From assembly GCA_963745035.1 (NCBI GenBank), contig CAVUVW010000026.1, forward strand, positions 114,789 to 178,788: DNA of 64,000 nucleotides, in the 5' to 3' direction. The position numbers and the translations under genes were made by a program. Within the stretch, counting starts at the first letter, position 1. Each line of letters opens with the position of its first letter. Of this stretch, positions 44,871 to 55,263 are shown in pieces. The notes under the pieces are model-generated. The model did no database searches. It was not told the DNA's origin and was given only the letters and a program-made list of their open reading frames with translations. Origin of the DNA: an uncultured delta proteobacterium (GTDB taxonomy: Bacteria; Desulfobacterota; Binatia; UBA9968).

Positions 44871-45797
44871 GTGAAACTTCGCATCGCAGCCGTGGATTTG
44901 GTCAGCAACACTTGCTTTCCGGCGCTGGCCGCCGACGAGCTTGGGTTTTTCAAGGCCGAAGGCCTGGATGCGCGTATCGAGCTCGCGGCCATGCTCGGCG
45001 CAACCAAGGCGCTTCGCGCCGGCGATGCGGACGCCATGATCGCTGGCTCGGTACACGACGTGCTCACCGAGTTTCCTGATTGGAAAGGCGTGAAGATCGC
45101 GGTGGCGCTGTCGCAGGGAACGCCGTGGCTCCTGACCGTGAGAGCGGATCTTCCAGCCCGGCGTGGGGAGCTCAATGCCGTACGCGGTCTCCGCCTCACC
45201 GCCGCCGATGGCCCGGACTTGGCGCTGAAAAAGATGCTCGGCGGCGCCGGCATCGATCCGTGCCGCGACGTTCAGATCGTCGAGCTTCCGGGCGCAAGAT
45301 TGCGCGACGTTTCGTTCGGCGTGTTCGCCGCGCGCGCGCTCGAAGCGGGACAAATCGACGGCTTTTGGGCCAACGCGATGGGAGCGGAGACCGCCGTCAG
45401 CCGAGGGGTAGGGAAGATCTTGATCGACGTGCGGCGCGGCGACGATCCCGCCGAAGTGCGGTTCTTTACCTTCGCCGGCATGGCGACCACCGACAGTTTT
45501 ATCGCGCGCGAGCCCGACGCGGTCGGCGCCGCTGTGCGCGCCATCGTGAAAGCGCAAAAGGCGCTGCGCGCGGACCCGTCGTTGGCGCGCGCCGTCGGGC
45601 GACGAAAATTTCCGGCCGACGCGGCCGAGCTCATCGGCAACGTCGTCGCGCGCGACGTCGAGTTTTACGATCCGGCGATCGGCGAAGCGGCGATCGAGAA
45701 AATGAACCGCTTCGCCCAATCCGTCGGCCATCTCTCGCGCCTCGTTCGCTACGAAGACGTCGTCGCAGTTCGCTACCGCGACTTGTGGACGGCTTGA
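44871..45797 (+). CDS. NMT1/THI5-like periplasmic-binding-fold protein without signal peptide
   Basis: ELGFFKAEGLD motif begins within the first 25 aa; GGAGG RBS. Confidence 0.8.
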   Translation: MKLRIAAVDLVSNTCFPALAADELGFFKAEGLDARIELAAMLGATKALRAGDADAMIAGSVHDVLTEFPDWKGVKIAVALSQGTPWLLTVRADLPARRGELNAVRGLRLTAADGPDLALKKMLGGAGIDPCRDVQIVELPGARLRDVSFGVFAARALEAGQIDGFWANAMGAETAVSRGVGKILIDVRRGDDPAEVRFFTFAGMATTDSFIAREPDAVGAAVRAIVKAQKALRADPSLARAVGRRKFPADAAELIGNVVARDVEFYDPAIGEAAIEKMNRFAQSVGHLSRLVRYEDVVAVRYRDLWTA

Positions 45798-45972
45798 ACC
45801 CGGGATTCCGCAGTCGCGCTTAGCTCAGCTCCGCAGGGCGTGATCCTGGAGTCGGAGAATGCGGCCGCGACGGAAGGATTGCGCCTCGCGGAGTTTCAAC
45901 TTTGGATTTGACCGTCACAGTCGCCTTTTCGAGTCCAAGCCGCACCTGGACGGCCTGAACGCCGGCGGATTT

Positions 45973-46680
45973 TCACCTGAATCGCCCCCTCAACTCGTTC
46001 ACGACGCTCTCGACGCTTTCAAAATCAGCCAGCGTCCGCAGCGATGCGAACGTCGGAAAAATCATCGGCAGCTCGCCGCGCCCGCAGCGCAGCATGGCGA
46101 GCTCCGGAGTAATCCAGACGCTGTGCATCACCTCTTCGGAGGTCGCGAGCGGGCTCTGTTCGCGCGGCAGAAGGGCAACGAAAAAGCGGGTATCGAAACG
46201 CACCGGATTGTCCGCCGGTGTTTGCCAGTGGGAAAAATAGCCGAGGCTCGAGAGATCGCAATAAAGATCTTCCTGCTCCAGCAGAACGCGGAAACTGCAT
46301 GATCCCGCGGCCAACGCCCGGTGGGTCCGGGCGATATTTTCCGGGGAGGGGCGCGCGCCGGACGCCGTGACCGCCAGCAGCACGCCGGTTTCCTCGAACA
46401 GCTCGCGAAGCGCGGCAATCCAAAAGCCCTGGGCTTGGCGTGGGCTAACCTGCGCGCCGAAGGTCGCGCGCGCCCGCGCAGCGTCAAGCCCGCGGCAACG
46501 TTCGATCATGCGCGGCGCGCAGTCCTCGCGGATGACCGCGCCGCCGGGAAAGCAATACATGCCGCCGAGAAAGGGCATGCCCTCGGGGCGCCGGGTGAGA
46601 AATACTTCAAACCCTTTCGGCTCGATGCGCCGGAGCAAGATCACCGTGGCGGCTTGCCGCGGTCTCGCCTGCCCGTTCAT
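45973..46680 (-). CDS. NUDIX hydrolase
   Basis: AATVILLR, FPGG, ALRELFEETG, HWQTP, RFDTRFF. Confidence 0.88.
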   Translation of the reverse strand: MNGQARPRQAATVILLRRIEPKGFEVFLTRRPEGMPFLGGMYCFPGGAVIREDCAPRMIERCRGLDAARARATFGAQVSPRQAQGFWIAALRELFEETGVLLAVTASGARPSPENIARTHRALAAGSCSFRVLLEQEDLYCDLSSLGYFSHWQTPADNPVRFDTRFFVALLPREQSPLATSEEVMHSVWITPELAMLRCGRGELPMIFPTFASLRTLADFESVESVVNELRGRFR

Positions 46681-47440
46681 TGGATTTTGAGATCGAGGCT
46701 CTCGGCGAAATCATTTTCGCAGGGCGCGCCCGAACAATGAAAAAGCTCAAAGCCTGAACCGGCCGAAGATAGAAAGACGATGCTCGAAGACACCGTGCCG
46801 GAGCTTTCCCGATGCACGCAGATGGCATCGCCGCGGTCTGCAGAGCCGACCGGCAAAGAATGATCGCCGAGCGCCGAGCGCAAGGCCGCGATGGTGTCGC
46901 GCTGGGCGCTCGGATTGCGCCGAAGGCGCTCGCGAGCGCGCCAAACAGCGAGTAGGCGCGATCGGCTTTGCTCGAGCGCAGGTCGAAATCCGCGGCGCTG
47001 CTGAAAACGTGCAGGCCCGGCTTGAGCCTTTCCGTCACGATCTTCTTCCCGGCATTGTAGGACACGCTCGCCTCACTGCGATCGGCCACCAAAGCAGTAA
47101 ACGGATTGTAAAACGCGTGATGATTGCCGAGCCAGGAATCGGCATCGGCTACGGATCGGCGCGCCAGCAGATCCATGCACAGCAGGCCGCGCGAGCGCGC
47201 GTCCGGCGCCGCCACGTGGCCGCCGCTGATTCGTCTATTGAGCATGGCGGCGAGCAGGCCGTGGCGGTTGATGCCGAGCCAGGTGCCGCCGGCGCGCAGG
47301 TCGCGCCCGGCGATGATCGTCGGCACCGTGTCGAGGCGCTGCGGCGGCGCCGACGGACGATCGTACTGTTCGTCGCGGTTGGCGGCGACCACAAGCGGAT
47401 AGTCCGGCAGCATGCGGAAGTAAATCGCCAGCGTGCACAC
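46677..47440 (-). CDS. NRDE/TANGO2 family protein, frameshifted about 46910
   Basis: MCTL, AANRDE, GRDLRAGGTWLG, SRG; C-terminal ICVH..GTVSSS. Confidence 0.85.
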
Positions 47441-47544
47441 CGCTCCAGACTTACAAAATGCTTTGCGCTTCTGCAACGTTGGCGCGCGCTTGATTGTTGT
47501 CGCAAAGCGATTATGTTAGCCTCGAAAAATTGGAAAGGGCGATC

Positions 47545-48507
47545 ATGTTTCAATCAGTGGACGACGTAATCACGGGCTTCGGGGCGCAGCGCTACCTCTG
47601 TAACAAGAGCCTGGCAACGGTGGTCTATCTCGGCGCCACGATGCAAAAGCCGATTCTGGTCGAAGGGCCGGCCGGGGTCGGCAAGACCGAATTGGGCAAA
47701 GTGCTGGCCGATGCGCTCGGCATGGAGCTCATCCGTCTGCAGTGCTACGAGGGGCTCGATGAAGCCAAAGCGCTCTACGAGTGGGAGTACGCCAAGCAGC
47801 TGCTCTACACGCAGATCTTGAAGGAAAAGATCGGCGATATTCTCCAAGGCACGCGCACGTTGCAGGAGGCCGTTGACTGCGTCGCCAATCACGACGGGGT
47901 GTTCTTTTCCGACCGTTTCTTGCTGCCGCGTCCGCTGCTGCGCGCACTGCTTTCCGAACGGCACTGCGTCCTGCTGATCGACGAGATCGACAAGGCCGAC
48001 GCGGAATTCGAAGCTTTCCTGCTGGAAATCCTGAGCGATTTCCAGATTTCCGTGCCGGAGATCGGCACGATCCAAGCGAAGCATGTGCCGCTGGTGATTT
48101 TGACCAGCAACAACAGCCGCGAAATGTCCGACGCGCTCAAGCGCCGCTGCCTGCACCTGTATATCGACTTCCCGGAGTCCGAGCGCGAGATGGAGATCAT
48201 CAAGCTCAAAGTTCCGGGGGTCGGCGGCCAGCTCGCCGAGGAAGTCGTCCGGCTGCTCCATCGCTTGCGCAAACTGGACCTCAAGAAGACGCCGAGCATC
48301 AGTGAAACCCTCGATTGGGTCCGCGCTCTCACTTTGCTCAATATCAAGCAGCTCGACCACGCGCTGGTGGAAGAAACGCTTTCCACCCTGATGAAATACG
48401 AGGCGGATATACGCAAAGCGCATAACGAGCTCAAGGCTTTTCTCGCCGAGAAACAGGCGCAGCGGCCTGGCTCCCCGAGCGGCGACGACAAAGACCACCT
48501 GCACTAG
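47545..48507 (+). CDS. MoxR-family AAA+ ATPase (CoxD-like)
   Basis: EGPAGVGKT, RLQCYEGLD, LIDEIDK, DALKRRC. Confidence 0.92.
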   Translation: MFQSVDDVITGFGAQRYLCNKSLATVVYLGATMQKPILVEGPAGVGKTELGKVLADALGMELIRLQCYEGLDEAKALYEWEYAKQLLYTQILKEKIGDILQGTRTLQEAVDCVANHDGVFFSDRFLLPRPLLRALLSERHCVLLIDEIDKADAEFEAFLLEILSDFQISVPEIGTIQAKHVPLVILTSNNSREMSDALKRRCLHLYIDFPESEREMEIIKLKVPGVGGQLAEEVVRLLHRLRKLDLKKTPSISETLDWVRALTLLNIKQLDHALVEETLSTLMKYEADIRKAHNELKAFLAEKQAQRPGSPSGDDKDHLH

Positions 48508-48516
48508 TCTTTCTCG

Positions 48517-49923
48517 ATGGAAGAACGCATCGTCGAATTTGCCACGGTCTTGCGGCGCAACGGCATCCGGGTATCGCTGGCCGAAAGCATGGACAGCTTT
48601 CGCGCCCTCGAGCTGCTCGGCGTCGGCGATCCGCTGCTTTTCCGCAACGCGCTGCGTACTACCCTGGTCAAACGCGCCGGCGATGTGAAACCGTTCGAGG
48701 AATTGTTCGATTACTTCTTTCTCGGCATCGGCCAGGCCCTCGACGCTATCGACCGGCGCATCATGAGCGAGCTCGGCCTCACTCCCGAGCAGTTTCAAGA
48801 AATGCTCGAGCAGATGCAGCGGCTGGTCCAAAAGATGGAAGGGGATTTATCCGAGCTCAGCCGCGCGCTTTTGAACAACAATCGCGGCGAGATCGAGCGC
48901 CTGCTGCGCGACGCCATGCAGCGGGAAATGGAGCAGGGGACGCGGGACGGTTTTCGCCTGACGCCGTACACGCGCATGGCCGCGCGCCTCCATCTCGACC
49001 ACGTGCAGAGCGAGATCGAGCGCTTCAAAGGCATGCTGCAAATGCTCGGCGAAAACGGCGAGGATCTGCGTAACGTCATGCGCTACCTCGACGAGCGCAT
49101 GCGCGACTTGAACCGTCTGCTGCGCGAGATCATCCAGCAGCAACAGCGCAAAGAGGGGCTGGAGCCGCGCGATTTCTCGCAGCGCGGGTCGCTCGCCGAC
49201 AAGAGTTTCGCGTTCTACACCGAAGACGACATCCGGCGCATGAACGAGGCGGTGGCGCGCCTGGCGCAGCGGCTTAAAAATCGCCTGTCGGTGCGGCGCA
49301 AGAAGGCCGCCCGCGGCCGCTTCGACGTGAAAAAGACCCTGCGCAAGAATCTCCAGTACGGCGGCGTGCCGTTTCGCATCCAGCTCGACCGGCGCAGGAA
49401 GACCAAGCCGCAGGTGATGGTGCTGTGCGACATCTCCGATTCGGTGCTCAACGCCTCGCGCTTCATGCTCCAGTTCGTCTACTCGATCCAGGATCTTTAT
49501 TCCAAGGTGCGCAGCTTTGTCTTCGTCGCGGAGATCGGCGAGGTCACCAAGCTGTTCGAAGAGCACGACATCCAGACCGCCGTGGAGGCGGCGCTCAAGG
49601 GCGACGTCGTCGACGTGTTTTCGCATTCCAACTTCGGTCGGGCCTTCGAGCAGTTTCATCGAAGCTTTTTTCCCTCGGTGACCGGCAAGACCACGGTGCT
49701 GATCATCGGCGACGGCCGCAATAACTACAACCGTCCCAACGACTGGGTGCTGCGCGAAATTCAGCGAAAAGCCAAGCAGCTCATTTGGCTCAATCCCGAA
49801 AGCCGCATCACGTGGGGCATCGGCGACAGCGAAATGCCGCGCTACGCGCCGCACTGCGACATCGCCGAGGAGTGCCGCAGCATCACCCAACTCTACAAGA
49901 TCGTCGATTTGATCGTGCCATGA
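48517..49923 (+). CDS. VWA domain protein (CoxE-like)
   Basis: LCDISDSV MIDAS, GDGRNN, WLNPE, WGIGDS. Confidence 0.9.
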   Translation: MEERIVEFATVLRRNGIRVSLAESMDSFRALELLGVGDPLLFRNALRTTLVKRAGDVKPFEELFDYFFLGIGQALDAIDRRIMSELGLTPEQFQEMLEQMQRLVQKMEGDLSELSRALLNNNRGEIERLLRDAMQREMEQGTRDGFRLTPYTRMAARLHLDHVQSEIERFKGMLQMLGENGEDLRNVMRYLDERMRDLNRLLREIIQQQQRKEGLEPRDFSQRGSLADKSFAFYTEDDIRRMNEAVARLAQRLKNRLSVRRKKAARGRFDVKKTLRKNLQYGGVPFRIQLDRRRKTKPQVMVLCDISDSVLNASRFMLQFVYSIQDLYSKVRSFVFVAEIGEVTKLFEEHDIQTAVEAALKGDVVDVFSHSNFGRAFEQFHRSFFPSVTGKTTVLIIGDGRNNYNRPNDWVLREIQRKAKQLIWLNPESRITWGIGDSEMPRYAPHCDIAEECRSITQLYKIVDLIVP

Positions 49924-51284
49924 GCAAGAAGCTGTATATCCAAACCTACGGCTGTCAGATGAATCAATACGATTCGGATCGCATCGCTCAGGTCATGGCG
50001 CGCCGGGGATACGATCAGACCGACCGCATCGATGCCGCAGACCTGATCTTGCTCAACACGTGCACCGTGCGCGATAAAGCCGAACAGAAAGTCTACAGCG
50101 CGCTCGGCGGCTGGAAAGAATTCAAAGAATTCCGGGAAGGCGTCATCATCGGCGTGGGCGGCTGCGTGGCGCAGCAGGAGGGCGAAAAACTTTTAAAGCG
50201 GGTGCCGCATCTCGACCTGGTTTTCGGCACCCACAATATTCACCGGCTGCCGGAAATGGTCGAGCAGGTGGAAGCCGCACAACTACGCCCAGTGGAAATC
50301 GCCTTCTATCGCGATCCCGCCTACATGGAAGATCCCGATGGCGCGGCGCGGGTGCGCGGCGTCAAGGCGTTTGTGACGGTCATGCAAGGCTGCAACAAGG
50401 TTTGCAGCTTCTGCATCGTGCCCCATGTCCGGGGCCGGGAGCTCAGCCGTCCGAGCGCCAAGATCATCGCGGAAGTGAAGTCGTTGGTGGAGAAAGGCGT
50501 GATCGAGATCATGCTGCTGGGCCAGAACGTCAACTCCTACGGCAAGCTCACGCCGGGGGAATCGAGCTTCGCCGAGCTGCTTGGCCGAATCGACGCGATC
50601 GACGGTCTCGAACGAATTCGCTTTACCACCTCTCATCCGCAGGATCTATCGCCGGAGCTTACCGAGGCTTTCGCCGCGCTGGGGAAGCTGTGCGAACATC
50701 TTCATCTGCCGGTGCAGTCGGGCTCCGATACCGTGCTGGCGCGCATGCGCCGCGGCTATACGCGCGCGGAATACTTCGAGCGCATTCAGCGCCTGCGCGA
50801 GCGCTGTCCGGACGTCGCGCTCAGCAGCGATATCATCGTCGGCTTTCCGGGCGAAACCGACGCGGAATTTGCGCAAACGCTAGAATTGCTGGCGGAGCTG
50901 GAGTATGATGAAGTCTTCTCATTCGCGTATTCACCGCGTCCGCAAACCGTCTCAGCGAAACTTTATGCAGACGATGTTCCCCAGCAAATAAAAAAAGCGC
51001 GTCTCGCAGAAGTGCAAACGTTGCAGAGGGAGATCTCGCTGAACAAGAATCGCAGGTGCATCGGCAATGTCGAAGAAATCCTGGTGGATGGGCCGTCGCG
51101 ACTCAAGAACGGGCAGTTGATGGGGCGCACGCGCGGCAATCGCATCGTCAACGTGGCGGGTCCGGAAAGTCTCGCCGAGCGGCTCGTTCCGGTACAAATT
51201 ACCGGCGCGACTGCAAACTCGTTGATCGGCGAAGTTTTGACGGATAAGGCTGACAGGAATTCCCAAGAAAGGGACAGGGCATGA
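49920..51284 (+). CDS. miaB: tRNA i6A37 methylthiotransferase
   Basis: TYGCQMN, NTCTVRDKAE, GCNKVCSFCIVP, TRAM domain. Confidence 0.96.
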   Translation: MSKKLYIQTYGCQMNQYDSDRIAQVMARRGYDQTDRIDAADLILLNTCTVRDKAEQKVYSALGGWKEFKEFREGVIIGVGGCVAQQEGEKLLKRVPHLDLVFGTHNIHRLPEMVEQVEAAQLRPVEIAFYRDPAYMEDPDGAARVRGVKAFVTVMQGCNKVCSFCIVPHVRGRELSRPSAKIIAEVKSLVEKGVIEIMLLGQNVNSYGKLTPGESSFAELLGRIDAIDGLERIRFTTSHPQDLSPELTEAFAALGKLCEHLHLPVQSGSDTVLARMRRGYTRAEYFERIQRLRERCPDVALSSDIIVGFPGETDAEFAQTLELLAELEYDEVFSFAYSPRPQTVSAKLYADDVPQQIKKARLAEVQTLQREISLNKNRRCIGNVEEILVDGPSRLKNGQLMGRTRGNRIVNVAGPESLAERLVPVQITGATANSLIGEVLTDKADRNSQERDRA

Positions 51285-51808
51285 ACAAGAAGGAAGATAC
51301 GATCCAAATGTCGGTAGGCGGTCTGACCTTGGACCCGGTGACCAAAACACCCATCGTGATCCTCAAGGATACCGAGAATAAGCTGAATCTGCCGATTTGG
51401 ATCGGGCTGCTCGAGGCCACCGCCATGGCCACGGAGATCGAAGGAATCAAAATGGCGCGGCCGATGACCCATGATCTTCTCAAGACGATTTTGGGTGAAG
51501 TGGGTTGTTCGGTGGAATCCGTCGAGATCACGGATCTCAAGGAAAACACCTACTACGCCTCGGTCAACTTAACGGTGGCCGGACGTCAGATGATGGTCGA
51601 TTCCCGTCCAAGCGACGCCATCGCGCTCGCGCTGCGCACCAAAAGTCCGATTTACGTCGCCAAAGCCGTGCTCGAAGCCTCCAGCATGTTGCAGCAAGGC
51701 GAGGAGAGCAACGAACGCCCGGTGGAAAACGTGTCCAACGTCTCCAAAGAAAAATGGGCCGAGATCCTCGAAAAAATGGGCCCGGACGATTTCAAGTACA
51801 AACAGTAA
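51281..51808 (+). CDS. Bifunctional nuclease family (DUF151)
   Basis: LPIWIGLLEA, RPMTHDL, DSRPSDAIALAL. Confidence 0.92.
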   Translation: MNKKEDTIQMSVGGLTLDPVTKTPIVILKDTENKLNLPIWIGLLEATAMATEIEGIKMARPMTHDLLKTILGEVGCSVESVEITDLKENTYYASVNLTVAGRQMMVDSRPSDAIALALRTKSPIYVAKAVLEASSMLQQGEESNERPVENVSNVSKEKWAEILEKMGPDDFKYKQ

Positions 51809-51887
51809 CCGAACAAATCCCTTCCGTTCATAACTTTAAAAAAAAAGCACTACCTGCCGGCTGATCCGTCGGCCGTCAGAACGATCC

Positions 51888-52577
51888 ATGGCTACGGCAT
51901 CCAGAAAAATAAGCCGAAAAGATCTGCGCCGGCCCGATTGGTTTCAGACGAGTTCCGAAAGGGCGCTGGAATACTTCGATCATCACAAGGCCCTGGTATT
52001 CGCGGCGTTGGCGGGGGTGTTGGTGATTGCCGGCATCGTCTGGGGTTGGCAGCTCTTCAAGGAACGGCAGAATATCGCGGCATCCCAGGAATTCGCCAGA
52101 GCGATGACGCTTTACCAGGCGGAAAAATATCGCGAGGCGATTCCGGTCCTGGAATCCGTCGCCGGCTATCGCTGGTCGCGCTACGCGGTCCTGGCGCACA
52201 TTTATCTCGCCAACAGTTACCTGGCGACGAATGACTTGGACAAAGCGGCGAATGAAGCGCAACGTTCTCTGGCCGGAACCCGGCCGAATAGTTTTTATCG
52301 CCAGATCGCCCTGGTCACGCTGGCGACCACCGAAGAGCAGAAGAAAGACTGCAAAACCGCCGTGCAGCGCTACACCGATGCGCAAAACATCGCCGGCGCT
52401 CTCCAAGGCCGCGCCATGCTCGGCAAAGCTCGTTGTTCGGAAGCGCTGGGCGATACCGCCGCCGCCATTACGGCTTACAAGGACTATTTGAAAGACAATC
52501 CCGGCTCACCGCTGGCGGTGAAGCTCGCGGAACTCGAGGCCAAAAGCCCAGCTGCTACGATGCCGGCCGGAAAGTAG
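51888..52577 (+). CDS. YfgM-like membrane-anchored TPR protein
   Basis: RKDLRRPDWF, one TM helix, TPR-like helices. Confidence 0.8.
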   Translation: MATASRKISRKDLRRPDWFQTSSERALEYFDHHKALVFAALAGVLVIAGIVWGWQLFKERQNIAASQEFARAMTLYQAEKYREAIPVLESVAGYRWSRYAVLAHIYLANSYLATNDLDKAANEAQRSLAGTRPNSFYRQIALVTLATTEEQKKDCKTAVQRYTDAQNIAGALQGRAMLGKARCSEALGDTAAAITAYKDYLKDNPGSPLAVKLAELEAKSPAATMPAGK

Positions 52578-52745
52578 ACTTGCTTTTTGGGTAGACGTAG
52601 AACGTCTGATAAGAAATATTATGTCAACTTCGATGGAAAGCCCGCCTGGCACGCATCTCAAGCTCTGAACTCTTCCCTTTCACGCCCCTCTTCCCTTTTT
52701 CACACACTGAGAGAGCCGCTTTGTTTTTTCTGAAGCGACCGCGCG

Positions 52746-53903
52746 CTAGAAATAGCGCCAGAGCCACCATTTTTCGAAACCGATCTTGGCCCAGTAGATG
52801 AGCCTCGACGGACCCCACGTGCGGGCTTCGGTGGCGCCGAATGGCGGCCAGCCTGATGGATAAATCGTTCGGTTTGCGGCGGCGCGTCCAGCGCCGAACG
52901 CCAGCAGTCATATCGTGTGCAGCCAGAGATCGACCGGGCGGCCTTTGCCGGTGATCTCCACGGCTAGATTGTGAGCAAGGACATCCGCTTCCTGATGCGC
53001 CACGCCGCCGGATTTTGACGCCGGCATATCGGCGCAGTCGCCGATCGCGTAGACGTTGTCCCACTTGGTTCGTAGCGTTTCGTAATCGACCCGAACGCCG
53101 GTTTCCGTCTCCGCCAGCCCGCAGTCGAAAAGCGCCTGCGCCGGTCTATGCGGCGGCACCATGACTAACAAGTCATAAGGAATCTTGTAGCCGTATAGGC
53201 CGGAAACCTCTTTTTTCTCCGGATCGATGGATCGAACGACGAACTCGTAATGCTGTTTGATGTTGCGGCGCCGGCTTTCGACGTCCATCCAGACCACCGG
53301 GCTGCGATACTCGCCGGCAGGCTCGGGATCGCGGGTAAAATATTCGATTTGCACCCGGTCGCGAATGCCGCGCTTCTTAAAGTAGCTGTCGAGCATCCAC
53401 TGCGCCTCATAAGGTGCCGGCGGGCAGCGGTACGGTCCCAGCGGCACGCCGACGACGATACGGCCTTGATGAAACGATTCAAGCTTCTCGCGCAGCCGCA
53501 CCGCGCCGTCGAGCTCCCAGGGATGCATGGATGCTTCGGCAAACCCCGGCACAAGGTCCGGTCTCACCTGCATGCCCAGGGAAACGATTAGATAGTCGTA
53601 GTCAAGCTTCTGGTTTTGCAGCTCGACTTGCTGGCGGTCGGGATCGATGCCCAAAACTTCGGATTGAATGAACTTGACGTTGCGCTTTCCCAGCAGGCCC
53701 AAGCTGCGACTGATCTCGTGGCTCTGGCGCTCGCCGACCATGACGAATAGAAACGCCGGCATGAACAAGTGGTCGGCGCGCTTGTCGACCAGGATCACGT
53801 CGTGCTCGGCACCCAACCTGCTGCCTAGATTGACCGCCGCAACCACCCCACCACTGCCGCCGCCTAAAATTACGATCCGCTTTCGCCGGCCGTTTCTCGC
53901 CAT
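52746..53903 (-). CDS. Sulfide:quinone oxidoreductase/FCSD-like flavoprotein; candidate selenoprotein (UGA at 52908-52910 read as Sec)
   Basis: ILGGGSGG, YRCPPAPYE, VYAIGD; after UGA the frame continues 53 codons: LLAFGAGRA...PSRLIYWAKIGFEKWWLWRYF-TAG. Confidence 0.85.
52866..52900 (-). promoter_or_regulatory. Putative bacterial SECIS hairpin
   Basis: 12 nt after UGA: GGCGC-UGGAC-GCGCC, G-containing apical loop; alternative pairing CGUUCGG/CCGAACG. Confidence 0.55.
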
Positions 53904-53922
53904 CGTTGATGTGTTTCGACGT

Positions 53923-54108
53923 CTACTGTTTCGTGCCGATACGCCGCTGCTCTGAACGGATCGACAAAGCTTTTAAATTTCTTAATCTCTGGTCGCGCCA
54001 TTGCTCCTGCTCGCGGCGCCCCTGGACAGTAAGCTCGTTCCCGAAACGGGAAGTTACGTGAAGAAACTTAAGGATCAATTTATCTGAGAGATCTTTGAGC
54101 CATTCCAT
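53923..54108 (-). CDS. Small hypothetical protein upstream of SQR-like gene
   Basis: 61-aa ATG ORF, 19 bp before the SQR-like start. Confidence 0.45.
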   Translation of the reverse strand: MEWLKDLSDKLILKFLHVTSRFGNELTVQGRREQEQWRDQRLRNLKALSIRSEQRRIGTKQ

Positions 54109-54291
54109 AAAAACGTAGCGTGTAAAAGAACGCGGATTCCGCTGAGATTACATCGGGGCTACAATCGGTGCGCAAGCGCACCCTACCTCATGCGCCTCGC
54201 GTCCTTTTAGTGAACTGTTTGTTTCTTCTTTGGTTGCGGCTACGCTGCTCTCGATTCTCCGTGATGAGACTCGATTTTGAGTTTTCCGCGT

Positions 54292-55260
54292 TTAGCGAAG
54301 GAAGGTATCCTCCTGGCGAAGCTTCTCGCTCGCTTGCAGCAATCCCTGCGGCGTCGGTCCGGCTTCGCCGATGAGTCCTACCTGGCGCAGGAACTGGCCG
54401 ATCTGTTCGTGATCGCGCGGGCTGACAGGAGCGTACGGCCGGCATGGATTGCCGATATCGACGCCAAAATGCTTCATCGCCGATTTCATCACCGGCGGCA
54501 ATCCGTACGCGGCCCATTTTCCGGGAAACAAGGCATAGCAGCGCGCCCAGAAACGCGCGGTCTCGAGATCGCCGGCGCGAAAGGCCCTGACGATCTGGGC
54601 GCCGATGCGCGTGCCTGGCGGCGGCATGGTCGCCCCCGAGCCGCCGAGCATGAGAGTCACCAAGAGCGGCTGCATGGTCGTGAAGTAATGTCCCCTTCCC
54701 GCCAGCTCGATCTGCTCGATCAATCGTGAAATCTTCGTGATATCTCGGGAGCTTTCCTTAAAATACCTGATGTTATCGATCTCGCTGATTTTGACGAACG
54801 CGTCCTGCGGCGGATCGGCGCCCGGTCCGGGATTGTGGTAGCAGGTGACCGGCAGCGCGCTCGCCGACGCCACTTGAGTGTAGAATTCCATCAGCTCGGC
54901 GATGGTCGGCTGTCCGCCCCAGGGGCGCAGCGGCATCAATACCTGGATAAAATCCCCACCCACTTTCGCCGCGTACTCGGCCAGCTCGATGACTTCTCGC
55001 GGCGCCGGACTGGAGCAGCCGAGAATCACCGGCACGCGCTTGTCGATCATCTCGGTGGCGACGCGCAAAAGATCTTTGCGCTCGTCGCGCGAGAGCATGG
55101 TGTATTCGGCCGCCTCGACCGCGGCCACCGTGATCGCGTCGCAGTCTGTGACCAAGAACTCGATCTCTTTTTCGAGGGCCTTGTAATCGACCCGGTCGTC
55201 GGAATCGAACGGCGTCAGACACGCGCCGATGATGCCGTTGATGTGTTTGGTGACCGTCAT
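54292..55260 (-). CDS. Dihydrodipicolinate synthase/NAL-family aldolase-like protein
   Basis: LTPFD, ERK, RVPVILG, YHNP, FKESS Schiff-base Lys; GxxGE replaced by AVEAAE. Confidence 0.85.
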   Translation of the reverse strand: MTVTKHINGIIGACLTPFDSDDRVDYKALEKEIEFLVTDCDAITVAAVEAAEYTMLSRDERKDLLRVATEMIDKRVPVILGCSSPAPREVIELAEYAAKVGGDFIQVLMPLRPWGGQPTIAELMEFYTQVASASALPVTCYHNPGPGADPPQDAFVKISEIDNIRYFKESSRDITKISRLIEQIELAGRGHYFTTMQPLLVTLMLGGSGATMPPPGTRIGAQIVRAFRAGDLETARFWARCYALFPGKWAAYGLPPVMKSAMKHFGVDIGNPCRPYAPVSPRDHEQIGQFLRQVGLIGEAGPTPQGLLQASEKLRQEDTFLR

Positions 55261-55263
55261 GGA

